The notes under the pieces were generated by a model that was given only the letters and a program-made list of their open reading frames with translations, was not told where the DNA came from and searched no databases. The position numbers and the translations under genes were made by a program. From Glycera tridactyla (Eukaryota), in assembly GCA_965644265.1 (NCBI GenBank), contig OZ286471.1, positions 50,406,001 to 50,470,000 on the forward strand: a DNA stretch of 64,000 nt, given 5' to 3'. This document shows positions 28,751 to 43,854 of the stretch, in pieces; the first letter of the stretch is position 1, and every line of letters begins with the position of its first letter.

Positions 28751-31700
28751 CAAATCCGGAACAGATTGATTGGATATTGACTGCATCGAGAACCGCTGTC
28801 ACAGATTGCTTTGAGCTAGGCAAATAGCCAAACTAGACCCATCACTCGATGCATTGAATTAACTTTCCCAACTTACAGGATCTAGTCAATGTCCTAATCA
28901 TTGGAAAATGGGCAATATCCCTTCGTCACATTCCAATATTTTTTCCGCAGTGTATTCAAAAGTTCATGATACAGAATAGGACACCTATCAATTCTCATGT
29001 TGATTACAATACATCTTTGTTCGATAATATCTTGTCCGGTTCTGTTCTGTTTCATTTTCAATAAAGATGAAGGTAAAGAATTTGTTTATTGCTTAAGACA
29101 TTCGAACAAGTATGACAGGAGTACAGCAAAACAATCAATCAATCGATCAAGTATGTACATTCATGACACATGTCATATAGGTGAAGTACGTGTGCTTTGT
29201 TTGTTCGAGGTTTTACGGCATGTATCAACCCATAGGATTATGTATGTCGTGTGTTCCTGAAGTACGTGTGAATGCGGGTACGCATGCCTGGGGGAAATCT
29301 GGTCACAGAAATACTCGCCAATCTATACCCCGATGTTATACGAGTATGATTGCAAATTGACCCCGGAGGGTCATGTTAATTGCTTACGCAGTCCGTTGGA
29401 TATAGTGCCATGTAATCATAGACATATTTTGGAAGATATGGTATTTGTATTGATCGTAAATATGCGAGAGAGCGATAAATCATATGCAAGAAGAGGATAA
29501 CACTAGTAACACAATATACATTCATACTCACATTCATATCCAAAACAATAAACATCTGTTCGCACATTCATGCACGCAATCACGCTAATGGAGGTCTAGG
29601 ACTACATAGTATCACTTTTTGTGATGGTGATGTCTTTTCATCGAAACTAATGGCATGGGATGAGGCTGACATTGCAACCAGTCAGAACACAGAACTTGTC
29701 AGCAGGGTGAAAACGACATCGATTCACACTGATTCATTCTCGAAATGTGGTATGGTAAGGCATGAGATGGGTTGCATTGTGAGACATGCTCTGAAACCCC
29801 TTCATGGTCCTCTGCACCTGGCAGGGGACACACTCTCTCTCTCAAACATATTATACCTCCATTGAGAGTGATCAAGAATGAGTCTTCGAAGTCCACTCAA
29901 ATGCAAGTAATGGGTACTCCATTGGTGATCGGTTTTCTAGCATGGAAGCCCATTTGGCATTACTTAGTGAATCACCTAACATTTGGGGCCTACTATCATG
30001 ATGGACCATGGGCATATCGTATGAATAAAACATTAGCATGTAGACGGATGGATGGACATTCAAATTCTCAGTGTATTACATCAAACTCGGCGCCAGCATG
30101 AATTGTCATACACTTCATTCAACTGATACATCCTTTCACATGCTACCAATTGGCCATTTGAACGCAATATAAATTTGCCTATACAATATGGATGATTGAC
30201 TTCGAGTCTCGAAATCCACCAAGTGGCCAAATCATACACAATTTGCTATCGACTGAAGTCACATTTCGCTGAATGTTGAGATTTTCTTTTCATTTCTTAA
30301 TCAACCAAAGCATAAGATGTTTAATTATGCTCTGCAATGAGATAGGACCGGTATGTGTAAATTGTATGTGATTATCCTCTTGTGGAAAAAAGCATTCCAT
30401 GGAATAAATAGGAAACGTGTGAAGAGATTTGGTAGAAACTCCATAGAAAAAATACTTAGACATACCAATCGGGAGAAAATTCTTAACCATGACTTCAGCA
30501 TATTGCAGTATCGAAGTCGAAGTCAAATTTCATGATATGAAAATAATCTATCAGAGCGATGATATGCCCTGGCTCCACACGTATCCCAGGATGTGTTCCA
30601 CTTCACCCTCTCATTCTACCCGTCTGTGAAGAGACCTCACGGTAATTTACACAACATCTATTCCAGATGTTTGCTCAGTGTGGCTGTCGAGATGGGTGAC
30701 ACATTGAATGATGATAAGATGGCATCAGGTTGGAGGTGAGCAGTTTAGGCAGATTATGGGGGATGTCAGAGCTGGGATGGCCAGCCATCTTACTTCTTAT
30801 GGGATGTTTCAGCAGGCACTAATGAGGACCAGCAAGCCTCACTGGCATCATCAGGTGACTCATCATGAAATATTCACACCTTCTTAACGATGACATTATT
30901 CAAGGATATCACATTCGCCCCATTAAGCTTTCCGCTGTAGATTGACGCTCGTACATCAGAATATCGGTAGTGTCCCTGACTATCCTTGATCCATACTTGT
31001 TTCGAAATATGTGATGAAATGTCATACTCGAACGAGATTCAAGAATGATAAGAAATGCAAGACACATCAAGAATTCGTTCTATGCTTTTCCCAACAGATC
31101 ATTTCTCACATTGCACTTCTCATGCCCATCCTTTACTCACATCATTGATTTGTTTCCATGAACGTGAGTTGTGTCTGATTCAGAAATCACCTTCTTGAAA
31201 ATTCCCGACCTATTCACCAAAGTGAGATTGTCACTTTTCACAGAATATGGTATTCAATCCATAACTCACCGACATGTGAACGGTTCAATCCCCATGGGTG
31301 AGTCCTGACGTTTGCACCACGACCAACCATTTATTTGACCAACCCAATCAATTGACTGACCAAGTGAGTTCTGTGATGAATGAAACTCCCTCCAGTTATT
31401 GCCATCGGAGAAAGGAGCAGGTTAATTTTCAAGGATATACGATGAAACCATGTGTTGCGTAATTTCTTTATCAGAAATCCACTATGAGCATCAGAAACTG
31501 ATGGCTATATGGTGCGTAGTCACCAAGTGATGCATACGAGAATAGGTTATTAATACCTCGCCATAACTTTCTCATATTCAAGAAATGTTTTTGAATACGG
31601 AATATGGATCCACCTGAAAGATTACAAATGGAGTTATTTCCATCCCAGCGGTAGGAGCCGACAAGCAAGAGCAAATTCAGTATCCAACATATGGCAGTAT

Positions 31701-32449
31701 ATATTACCGCATACGATTTATATTTCCGTGTGAGATATGACCTTTAGCATTCCGACGTTCAGTTTGAAATAATCATCAATTTTACGCCAGTGCATATTCT
31801 GTGGCAGTATTGCAGAAGTCGCATCATCGACGCCGAGCAGCGCTGGAAGCACAAGATCGGTTCTGGCACATAAACAAAATGAATTGCCATCCTCGCGGAC
31901 CTCCGAGAGTCGATTATTCCCCTGGGAACAACCAGGTGGCTAATGATGAACGGAAATGAGTTTTGAGCACTTTCACCAGTCCACCTCAAATGCGCTGAAG
32001 ATCAGCAATATTGTATGAGGTGGGAAAGGTCACACCAAGTAGATTCAAGTTTAGTTCAATCCCCCGTCCTAATATGAGAGTTGCTCCATGTCAAACATGT
32101 TTTTGTTTACTCCGCAACCGAATTATCATTACGTTTGCAAAAGTCTAACGTGGTCAATGACATAGATCATATAAGAGATTTGGGTATCGGATCGGTTAAC
32201 CTCAAATGCCAGAGGAAGAAATTGAGACAGAGTTTGCGGGCGGATGGACGGATCGATCAATGGGTAGATGGAAGGATTGATGAATGCAAGGCTGCATGGA
32301 AAGTGCATGTTTCGAAGATATAGTACTGGGAGTAAGCAAAGAAGAAGCATCGATACGAATCGGTAGAAAGATCGGTAGATGAATACGAGGGTATGGGTGA
32401 TAGATATATGGACAGTCAGACATGCAGATGGACAGACAAACTCGGAGAC

Positions 32450-32615
32450 NNNNNNNNNNNNNNNNNNNNNNNNNNNNNNNNNNNNNNNNNNNNNNNNNNN
32501 NNNNNNNNNNNNNNNNNNNNNNNNNNNNNNNNNNNNNNNNNNNNNNNNNNNNNNNNNNNNNNNNNNNNNNNNNNNNNNNNNNNNNNNNNNNNNNNNNNNN
32601 NNNNNNNNNNNNNNN
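32450..32615. other. Assembly gap (N) within a decayed GATG/GATA repeat
   Basis: Run of N. Confidence 1.
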
Positions 32616-34139
32616 TTGGTGGCTGGATAGATGGATAGATGGATAGATAGCTTGATATATGGAACATAAGCGATGAGAGTGATGCTTTCAAATGGCAATG
32701 CATCATCCATTCATAGATATGAGACTATTAGAAACAAACTGAAAATCATCCAACCAACATTGAGCGAGGGGAACATCACCCTCATGAAGCCATTTGTCGG
32801 AAAACTCTATTCTCGTTTCTCAGTATGATGTCCTAAAGATGTTTTTCCCACATTGTGGATCTCTCAATAAGGCTAAACGAGATGATATCGGCCGAAGTAC
32901 ATCAGATCCAGAATAACGCTTTTCGTATTTCCATCTTGTTCAATTTATCAGATCATCAGGTTTAATGATTTGGAACCCACTCATATCAGGTAAACTCGAA
33001 GCATCTTGATATTCAGTTGTTATTATGACATGAGTCAGATGATGATGTGGCAGAAAAAGTTGCAGAATATGTAATAAGGCATGACAGTGTCAAGCCAAGT
33101 GCCTTCAGGAAATTGGTTGTCCGCGACTATGTGTAAATATTATACTGAAGATGATAGTCTTTATCAGTGAGAGAACGTACCAGATTATGGCTCACATCTC
33201 ACAGAAAACCATCAATCTGTCATGAATGCTTTCAAGCTATCTCGCCATTTTGAATATTCTAGTTAAATTTGATGGTTGTCATATCTGGGATGATATTGCA
33301 TCCAGTAATCTCATGAGATGCATGAACTCTCTCACCGGTTTCAAGACTGAAATGGTGTGCGTATCGATATTAGAGGTGGTACTCTTATTCCTGGGAGGCA
33401 CAAAGTACTACGACCCGCCGTAGTAGAGTCTGCTACCTGAGTAGTAAACTTCAGGAAATGAGAACAGGTCCATCCTTCATCAACCTTGTTTTATCGCCCC
33501 AAATCCCTCAATTTGAAAACACATCATATAATGTCCTACGTCAATTTATTCTATATACGACTAAATATGTGAATTTTCATCCCTACTCATCAACGACAGC
33601 TCCAAGGCGAGAGGATCGCCTGTATATCAATATTCCATCTCAGTGAGATGAGGAATTGCGGAACGAATGGCGAAATTTATCAAGACATATGTGTCAAGGC
33701 CTCTTGAGATGCAATAAGTTCCATTCTTCAATTTTTGCAGAAACACCTGGAGCTGATATATAATATTCAACACGAAAGAATACAGCATACAAACTTTCAC
33801 AATATGTGATGAATCCACATGAGGGAAAATTTGCATTTAGGTCAGTTCGTATGATCTCCAATTATTCAGATACAATTTCAGGCATGGGGCAATGTAGACG
33901 GGCTCGATAATAAATGGCATAAATTCCACATGATATTGTCGTTCATAGTCACTCTAGCATTATGTGCAGTTATGAAAGAAGGTAATACAATGATTCCACC
34001 GCATAGGATAATGCATTTATCTCAAACTACAAGCTGTGAGTTCATTTTCGACTAGAGCTATCTCTGTCACAAGTTTCTCTCGCTGTGGGATACTAACAGA
34101 TGAATCATTCTTTATATAATTTATTCAAGTATGCTGTCC

Positions 34140-35090
34140 ACACGAGAGCCCTGTCCTAACAGTTAGCCTACATTGACAAAAAAAGTAACAGTACCACCCT
34201 GATTATGTCATCCGGCCCTGTGTCTGTGGTACGTTGCATGCCTAGATGGCACAAGTCATTGGCACTGCATGATACCTGGCACAGGTGTACTGCTGATATA
34301 TCAGGTGTTTCCTACATGAGATCCCTGTCCTCCGTGTCTACTGACAATTACATGATGTTGATAAAAAGTAAACAGTACTGAATTTGTCAGCCGACCCTGT
34401 GCCTGTGGTAAATCGCAAGCCTAGATGGCACAAGTCATTGGCACTGCGAGATGATGGCACTGGTGTTTTTGTTGATCTATCTGGTATTGCCTACACGAGA
34501 GCCCTGCCCTCCTGGTTAATGACGGCTAGACCAAAAAGATAAAATTCATCAGTAATACTCTGATCTGGTCAATCGACCTGATGTCTGATGAATGAAGCAT
34601 ATCTAGATGACACAAGTCATTGACATTGCATTGACGCCTGAATCCAGTGTACTATTAAGACAGACGGTGTGGTCTACACAAGAGCCTTGTGTCCGCGGTA
34701 CGTCGCATGACTAGATGGCACAATCCATTGGCACTGTCCTCCGGATCTACTGACGACTAGACGAAGCTGATAAAACCTAACAGTGCCACCCCGAATGTGT
34801 GATCCGACCCTGTGCCTGTGGTACGTCGCATGTCTAGATGGCATAGGTCATTGGCACTGCGTGATGCTTGGCACTGGTGTACTGCTGATATGTCCGGTGT
34901 TATCTACCAAAGAGCCCTGTCCACACGGTCTACTGACAACTATAAGAAGTTGACGAAATTAAACAGTACGACACTCATGCCTGTGGCATGTCACAAGCCT
35001 TAGATGGCACAAGTCATTGGTGCTGTGTGATGCCTGACACTGGTGTACTGCTGATGTATTCAGTGTCGCCTATACGAGAGCCCTGTCTTC
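34140..35090. repeat. Diverged tandem array, ~180-bp unit, about 5-6 copies
   Basis: Core ctagatggcacaagtcattggcactgc at 34242, 34421, 34603, 34711, 34834, ~35000. Confidence 0.85.
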
Positions 35091-36555
35091 CGGGTCCACA
35101 GGGAGTCACCTATGAGTCAGCGACTTGAAACTAAAATCCCATGACCCGAACCAGAGCCCGATGTATGTCACGAATCATCTCAAGAGCAAATGGCGGCAAA
35201 CCTTGGACAGATGGCGGCAAACCTTGGATAAACCTGGCCACCACAACAAGCACAGAAAAGCGGCCTAGGTGACACAAGTCACTGGCAGCTTCCCCCTGCC
35301 ATGGACCTAACCTAAACTCTACCATCAGAACGAAATCACATTACAGACATCATATTGACGACACATGCAGTGGTTGGTGGACATTCCCTACAACATGTGT
35401 GTCTAAAAAACGTATAGACTGCCTAATCCTCTGTCTGAATGTAAATGAAGTATCTGGTGTCTGTATTATATCCGAAAGTATGAAATATTTGTGTGACATG
35501 TAGGTGAAATGCATCGATCAATCTGCACTTCTATGAATATGTTCATACCAGTTGGTACCCACAAAATCACATTGAAAGCGTACGTATGTAAGCTTGTCGG
35601 TGGTGGAATTTAACAGTACCATCCCAAATGTGTCATCCTGCCCTATATTGTAGCAGTACTACATCTCTGTGAAATATTATCCTGTTCCATCTCTGTGAAA
35701 TACCATAATGTCCACGTTGTCCTGATCATCCTCTACCTTTCCTTCTCAGCATTGTAGAGTACCAGAATACAATCGCCTGTAATCACTAATTGATCATTCT
35801 ATTTTGTCAGCTTTTCTGGTGCCCATTCCTCATGTATGGACTGTGTCGACACGGATATCCTACCCTAAGCCAAATGACACTGCTGACATCTCTGAACACT
35901 TGAAACTCACAATTGCTACCTCAAAGAATAAATTTTCTTACTTTCTTTTCTTGGAAAAATGCATACACACACATATATATATCCTGTACTACTATTGTGA
36001 TAGATAATATCTGTGATTGCATATACTATATCGTTGCTGCCTCCGCCGTCCCCACATGCAATATTTTGACATCCCATGGTTGTAAACTTACTGCAGTCTG
36101 AAGAAATGTGTAATGGCACTTTTGTGGCATCAGGGTGTGCAACACGGCAATCGAAAAAGTGTGGATAGGCTGAGCCTCCACCAAATTCAAAAGAAGATAG
36201 CTCAAACCTACATCCGTACCTACTTTCTGCATAATGCTTGAATAATCTTGAACTGGTACAACCTTCTAATATCCCTCATATTGACTAAAATTCACAGAAA
36301 TTCTAGAACAGACAATCTAAATGGATTCACAAAAACATAACGGCCCGGTCGGAAACTATATATACACTTACATCCAGGCACAATCCAAAACACCATCAAC
36401 CCAACAACCAGGGGCCAGACCCTCGCGCGCGTTTGTCCTGTTATATACCACGCTGACAGGCAGCCTAATTTTTGCCTGCCCCTATCACCGGTGTGCTGTA
36501 CATATGTTACCCAGTTATTTGTTTCTTTTTTTTTTGTTTGCTTGCTCATTGTTAG

Positions 36556-39500
36556 AAACTGTGATTGTTTTCCCCACTCCCTCCCCAAACACTGACTTAG
36601 ACTACTCCATCCAAGCACTAGCAAATATGAAAAACTTGGTTTCGGATTTCTCAATATCCGAAGCTTAATCAGAAAATTGGATGATGTAATTAATGCACCT
36701 TCTGACCAATAGTAAGTTAAATTTCCCAGCCCTTTCAGAAACTTTCTTGAACTATAGTATCCCAGACAGTGAACTAATGATCCCTGGCTATATGATGTGC
36801 CAAGCAGACCGAACAATGACTAGTGGCAAGTGCGGTTGTGGTGGACTTATTGTTTATACTGACACAAAATATGAATTTACCCAAATTGAAAATAGTCACT
36901 ATGTATCGCCACATCTGGAGATATTCTGGATGGAACTCAAGCTACCACACACACGAATCACCTATATAGCCAGTGTGTATCGCCCACCAGATGGCAGTAA
37001 TAACATTGCAGTAAATGAGCTTGAGGAAAGTATCCGACGTCTTGAACCCGAGTACTACTCAGATTTATTTATTCTTGGAGATCTGAATATTGACTTGAAT
37101 AAAAGAAACTTAGCTAGTGAACGTCTTCGAAATTTTGAAAATCGCCATCAACTTACTCAGACGGTAAAAAACCCAACGCAGGTAACAGATTCCACAGCAA
37201 CCCTTATTGACCATATCTGGTGCAACAATAGAACAAAATTTTTCCATACGGGCACTGTCAACCCCGGTCTCAGTGACCACTTCCTAATCTATACATTCAG
37301 ACAGAGAACAAGGCTCAGCAAGGAGAGGCATTTGTTAACCTTTAGATCAACAAAAAATTTCGAAAAGGCTGCTTTCAACAAGGACGTCGAAATCTGGTGT
37401 AACGGAGCAGATGAAGAAGGTCTAGATGAAACACTAAAGAATCTCAATATAATGTTTGAATCGGTCTTGGATAGACACATACCTATAACACATAAATCCA
37501 GGCAACAATGCACCCTGGGCAACAAGGACCTTTCAAGACTGGGTCGACCGGAGAACCCACTGGTCAAACCATTTTCAGCAGTCACAAGATCGAGCTCACC
37601 CAGAACGCAAGCATCACTGCATACTTGAATGCTAAGAACTGCGTGAGAAACTTAAGAGGGGGTACCTAGACAAGAAAATTCAGGAAGCGGATGGGGACAG
37701 CCAAAAGTTATGGAACGTATTCCGCTCATTTTGGCTTGAAGCCCAAAGCGATACCAGTGTAATCACTATGCTAGAGGGGTGTGAAACTGAACATGAAAGT
37801 GCCACAACCCTGAATGACGATTTTGTTGAAATTGGACACGAACTTGCCAAAAACATATCCCCTACTGAAATTGAAAAGCCCAGAATATTGCCTGCGTCGT
37901 TGAAATGGGACCTGAGGCAAATTGACCCCAGCACAGTAAAGAAGGCCATCATGAGACTAAAATCGTCTGGAGCGAGTGCAGAAGACCCTTTCAGTAACAA
38001 CTATCTCAAAATGGCATGCGAAGGCCTGACAAGGACCCTGACAAAAATTATCAATAGATCACTCATGTCAAACTACTTTCCCCTATCATTGAAGAGAGCA
38101 ATAGTGACACCCATCCCTAAGAAAAAGAGCGGAAAGGTACCAGTCGACTTCCGCCCTATCTTGGTCCTTCCCAGCATGGGAAAATTGGTGGAAAGGATTG
38201 TCCACGACCAATGCACAAAATTACCAGAGGAAACATACAAACTGTCGGAAGCCCAGTCGGGGTTCAGGAAGCACCACTCGACCATCACCTGTCTTGCATC
38301 TTTCAGTGAAAATCTATATACAGTTATTGACAAAGGCATGATGGTCGGGGTGGTGTCCTGGACCTCGCCAAGGCATTCGACACTGTGGACCACGAAATCC
38401 TTCAGAATGACCTAGTCAATATCGGCCTAAGTGAGAATACCAGTGACTGGTTCAACAGTTACCTCTCATCCAGGGCCTAAGCCACTCGCTTTAACAAGTC
38501 TGTGTCAAATTTTAGAAATGTGCTATGTGGGGTGCCCCAGGGGTCAATCCTGGGGCCCCTACTTTTCAGCTGGTATGTCAACAGTGTACCATTATGCCTC
38601 GATCATGCAAATGTCTCCATGTACGCGGATGATACCGCTATATATGTATGTGACAGTGACCTAGATATTATTTGCCAGAAACTAGAGCACGATCTGTCGA
38701 ACTTACAACAGTTTTTCAAATGCAAAAAAATTAGCCTCAACCTTGCGAAAACCCAATGTTTATTTGTTGGAACTCAATCACGTCTACAAGCCAATGACAG
38801 TGACTGCTCTATTTTGGGGACAACTCTCGGGATCAAACAAATGACCTGCATTAAATATCTGGGAATATTTATCGACTCCCATCTATCTTTTACTGTGCAT
38901 ATTGATCACATTATCAGGAATCTGCGGGCACATACTGCCCAATTGAGGCAAGCTAGACGATTAATGAACCTACAATCGGCGTGACAGTTGGCTCTGTCAG
39001 TTATTCTATCGGCCGTCAACTACGGAAATGTAATATACGGAGGTGCCTCAAAGACGAACCTAACCAAACAAGATAAAGCATATCACGAGCTCTTGCAGGT
39101 GATCGCAATGAAACCGGCTCGCACACAGACGAGCGACCTTCTCAAAGCTTGCAATTTGAACTCATTGGCCACAACGAGAGAAAAACAGCTCCAACCGGAA
39201 TTCTGTAAGTTGAAAATGGAGGAAACATCAAATCAGCTATACAACCAATACAGAGAATATATACCACCTATTTCCCAGAATCAGATGCGAACAAGGTCAG
39301 TTGTGCGACAAGTTTTGATTATCCCTAGGAGTCGCACTGAAAAAGGGAAACAGTCATTTCTCTCCCGTGGAATAAATACATGGAACCGAAGGCCAAAACG
39401 AGTGTTTGATGCACCATCAACCAGTGCAGATAGACACTCTTTAAAGCGGTACTATAGCAAGAATGAGATGTTGTAATGAAATTGTGAACCTCGTGTCGGC

Positions 39501-39941
39501 AAACTGAAACATACCACCTATGCTGATGAGTTCTTGTTTGAGCCTTCTTATGCATTTTTGACCCCTATCACATAGTGTGAGAACCAGAGCCTATGAGGCC
39601 TACAATACACTCATGATACAGGAGGTACTCAACTCTCCAATGCTTTCACTGCGTATCAACTGAACCGACAACGATACCCTGGTCAAAAGGTGAAAAGCAT
39701 CATCAGTAGAAATATCTACCAAAGCGTATGATTGACATACTTAGAGAAGAATTAGATAGCTGTGCTGACTATTTAACCAATATGTTTCTTTTTTTGTATT
39801 GAAATTAGTCAGTGGGTCATAATGGGAGTGATGAGTTATATATGAATGTCGAGTGTACTTCTGTTGGGGCTCTCAGCAGGATGATATAGGCCTCTTTCCT
39901 GTACTGTAAGATGGTAAAATAAAGGCTGTTATGTTTTGTTT
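36556..39941 (+). pseudogene. Decayed CR1/L2-group LINE, ORF2 (APE-RT) plus 3' UTR
   Basis: FGFLNIRSL (~36640), SETFL, VYRPPDG, LGDLNIDL, LIDHI, LSDH, DFRPI, LDLAKAFDTV, GVPQGSILGPLLF, MYADDTA, KYLG spread over ORFs 36693-37628, 37768-38415, 38502-38984 and 38988-39476 with frameshifts and in-frame stops. AATAAA at 39918 then TGTTA/TGTTT tail. Confidence 0.9.
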
Positions 39942-40079
39942 AAAAAAAAGAACATGGAATTCCCCGCATTTTTGCCCAGGATCTTATGGACCGGTAACAG
40001 GAAACTCGTTGCGACTACCACGGGTTTCTTCCTATAAGTATGCTGCAATCGATTTGGCATCGTGATGGCAGGTGAATAT

Positions 40080-40315
<236 letters not shown>

Positions 40316-41276
40316 TTTCGAGCTTCTTGATTGGATATGAGTTGGATCTGTGTTGCGATAGAAACAGCTAAGCAGTGGATGGTGAAGAGACACCATATAA
40401 AGGTAAGATTGGCAAGCGATAACGAGATCAACCCAGCATGAATTCGATAATAGCGCGATGCTTATGCTCATGTATAGAATAGACCCCACAGTGCGACACT
40501 CACTCTCAATCAGCTACCCGTTGGAGCAGTCCAGCTGAATTGGATGAAGCAGTAATAAGATGAGTCAACGCCAGATTTATGAGAAAAATCACCCAAGAAT
40601 GAATATTTCACGCGAACATTACCAAGATTGATTTTCCTATTGTCCTCGTCACCAACCTCATCTTTGATAATACTACCACCATCTCACTATCCCATGCTTT
40701 ACCTCGCCATGGGCATTGATATTGTGGCTACCCTATCCAACCTCATTAGCAATATCTCATGGAGGGTACCAACTGATATGAGTCAGATATATCATCCTCT
40801 CCGGATTCCTATCGCTATCCCTCTCTTAGGAAAGAGCTTTGGTTATATCCTATTATCTTGCGGGCAACACTTGGGGAATGTTTATTTTCACATAGATGAG
40901 CGTTACAATCTTCACATTGTGCGGAGGTGACATGAAATGCATTCGGCAGCTTCAGTGGAAAACAATCGTCCATTATCACCCACGAACATAGCACATTATT
41001 TAGGGCAATGCTTTTATTCAATTTGCAGAGTATTGTCGTCTCTGAAAAGCAGCCGCTGCCAACATTAGATATTTTTGCTTGTGAGAAAAAGTAATGCCAA
41101 GTTGGATGTTCCGGTCTTCTTCGAATACTTTCACCGTCTGATTGCACGAAAATCATGCTGTGCTTAAATACATACTGGTCAATTGACAATGAAATCTTTT
41201 GACATATTCACGTCACGAGTTGATCACAACTTATCATTTCGTCATCAATGATGAAGATGAAGATAAATCCTTCATC

Positions 41277-41409
41277 NNNNNNNNNNNNNNNNNNNNNNNN
41301 NNNNNNNNNNNNNNNNNNNNNNNNNNNNNNNNNNNNNNNNNNNNNNNNNNNNNNNNNNNNNNNNNNNNNNNNNNNNNNNNNNNNNNNNNNNNNNNNNNNN
41401 NNNNNNNNN
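41277..41409. other. Assembly gap (N)
   Basis: Run of N. Confidence 1.
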
Positions 41410-43362
41410 TGCTAAATAGATCAGGCAGAGTGAAGAGCATAGTTACAGGTGGAGAATACGAAAGCAAAAAGAAAGTTACAGTTAAAAGCAGTTATGTAAT
41501 CTTTTGCATTACATGAAGGTACAATATGTTGGTCGAACTCTACACAAGCGTTCCGGAAATCATTCCGATGACATATTAGCCAAAGACCATACAAAAGGAT
41601 GTTAGTAGACACTCCACCTCATCTGACTCTATGAGATCAAGGAATATGGCATTCAACCATCTATCGTTTTCATTCCGTTGGCGACTAGAAATGATTTTAG
41701 CTGGATATGATCCTGAATGCTCAAATGCTCACATTATAACCACGAAGATGGAGCAGAAAATATTCCTGAACATTTTGTTTGGCTTGATGACTGTCTAAGC
41801 GAAGTATTCTCAAAAAAGACTCACATCATTCAGTCTTATGAGCCAGCTTTTTATATATGCCATTCATATCCGGCGAAAGATGGTGAGAGAGTGGATCCAC
41901 TGAGAAGACAAAATAACACCATTTCGACGTCGCCAACAACAAATATTTCTTACAACAATATGACTTCGACTTCGCATATAAATGCATTTTTATCATTCCG
42001 AGGAACAGACATCATCAAAATATGATCGGGTGTGACCTGGGTGAGTCACTGACATGAAACTGATGAGTTGGGATTGATTATCTTCATTATACGCCACTCG
42101 AACGGATATCTCGCCTCGAAAAAGTCTGATTCCACTTTTTTTTTTTGATTCATTTTCGTGACATGAGAATGAAAAAAAAAGGCCCACTGTCCTTCTGACA
42201 TGGTTCGAGGACAAAGTAGGCATTTTCTGAACAGAATATTTCGATGTCAGCCCCAGCATCGGGACATTGTCAACAAACCATGACATGACTGTCGTCAGAG
42301 GTGCTGGTCCATGATATCCATGCAGTGATTCATGATAATAAGCTGAAAATCTCCTTGGAATTTCATTCTCCGTTAATTGAATTGAGTCCAGACACAAATG
42401 CCGGAAGAACGAGGTTATTCTCTAGGACATCACGACAGAGAATAATCCATTTAATTTGTTCAGGAGGAAGGGAAGAACTTCTTGCCGGTCTCAGAGGACC
42501 TACTGACATTCATATTAGCTGGGGCAAGCCCTTTTCTGCGTTATGAATGCAAACTCTCCCGTGTCGTCTAATTCCAAGAATCGAACAAACAACTTGAATT
42601 CGCTGTGGATGTGCAATGTCGCAGAAGATTGAATCCATTCTGGATATTGAATCATGAATGATTCATTCTTAGAATCCAGCAGATCATCATGCATAAATTC
42701 ATGATATGACTTGCATCAGATCGATCGAGGAGGGCCTTGAAGTGTCGAGCAATGACTCTATGCATCCCAGTTGTTCTTTCTACAGAAATAGAGTTATGGG
42801 GTCAAGAGTGGCGCAGCGGCTGATGAAGGGTTATGTTTGTGAAAAGGAATGACAATCTCCCGTTGCTCGATTGGCCGTATTATCATTCAATGATTTTACA
42901 AACAAGTCAAGAGGAACTGAGATCACTTGAATAAGAATGAGCATTATCTGATGACTGTAGTACGAGGAAGGGAGGCTATGATTGTCATGAGAGTATTACT
43001 GCTGTATTACATTGTGTTGCTGACTGATGATGCTGTGGTTTCTGCGAAGCTTGCTATACGGTCAGCTTTCTATTTCACATACACATCAGTTTGAGGAAGA
43101 CAGCCACCCGTAATATTGCGTCGGGAACACCACAGTAACCATGGTAAGACACGTGAGGTTAGCAAAAGATTGTGCCCCTACGATGGAAATTCACCCAAAT
43201 CTCTGTTCTAAAATCTCAACTGTGGTTCTGGAAGACGGCCCTTGTAGATACTTTCGGATGAAAAACTTTCCAGGTGATCCTTTTTAGTGATGAGCATGAG
43301 CATGAGCAGCGGCTAGACGTGTCTCGGGACTCGGAGAGAATATCTATGAAAAAGCAAGGATT

Positions 43363-43854
43363 ATGGCAACCAGCATAACGGCCAATGAGGCGACCATTAT
43401 GCATTCTATATCTGGATCACTTCGGAACGATGAAGATCACGACGACACCCTTACATCTAGTATTACGAGCGAAAATAGTTTTGAAGTTGGATCTACACAA
43501 GACGAACCCAAGATGGCTGACACCCCCCGTATACCAAGGCAGGTTAAGCGTGACGCCGATGATCTTACACCCACCAACGACAAAGACCGTAAACCACGTA
43601 ATAGAGTTACAGAAGCTGCCATTGCATTAGAGATGAATAACGGTAAGGCAGATGTTACATTAATAGATACTCTACTCAGTGACTGTGACTTTCTCAATGA
43701 AAGCTTCGATGATGATGATTTCCCACCTGATCCTACCCCAGCAGAAGGACCAGGCACTTCGCTATCACCTTTGCCCGAGGTCACGCATGTTACCCCCGGG
43801 GGGTTGGCAGACAATATTAATAGCGAGAGTCCACCCGATGATGATCTATTGTTT
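43363..43854 (+). pseudogene. LINE ORF1, 5' half (164 codons, acidic/disordered), broken by the Ngaro insertion
   Basis: ATG-initiated open frame running into the insertion at ...DDDLLF; continues in frame at 51115 (DSPTASST...). Confidence 0.8.

Noticed and set aside
34140-35090. CRISPR-like look: conserved ~27-nt core separated by longer stretches
   Set aside because: The intervening sequences are homologous to each other, spacing is 108-182 bp, there are no cas genes, and the context is eukaryotic; it is a tandem array.
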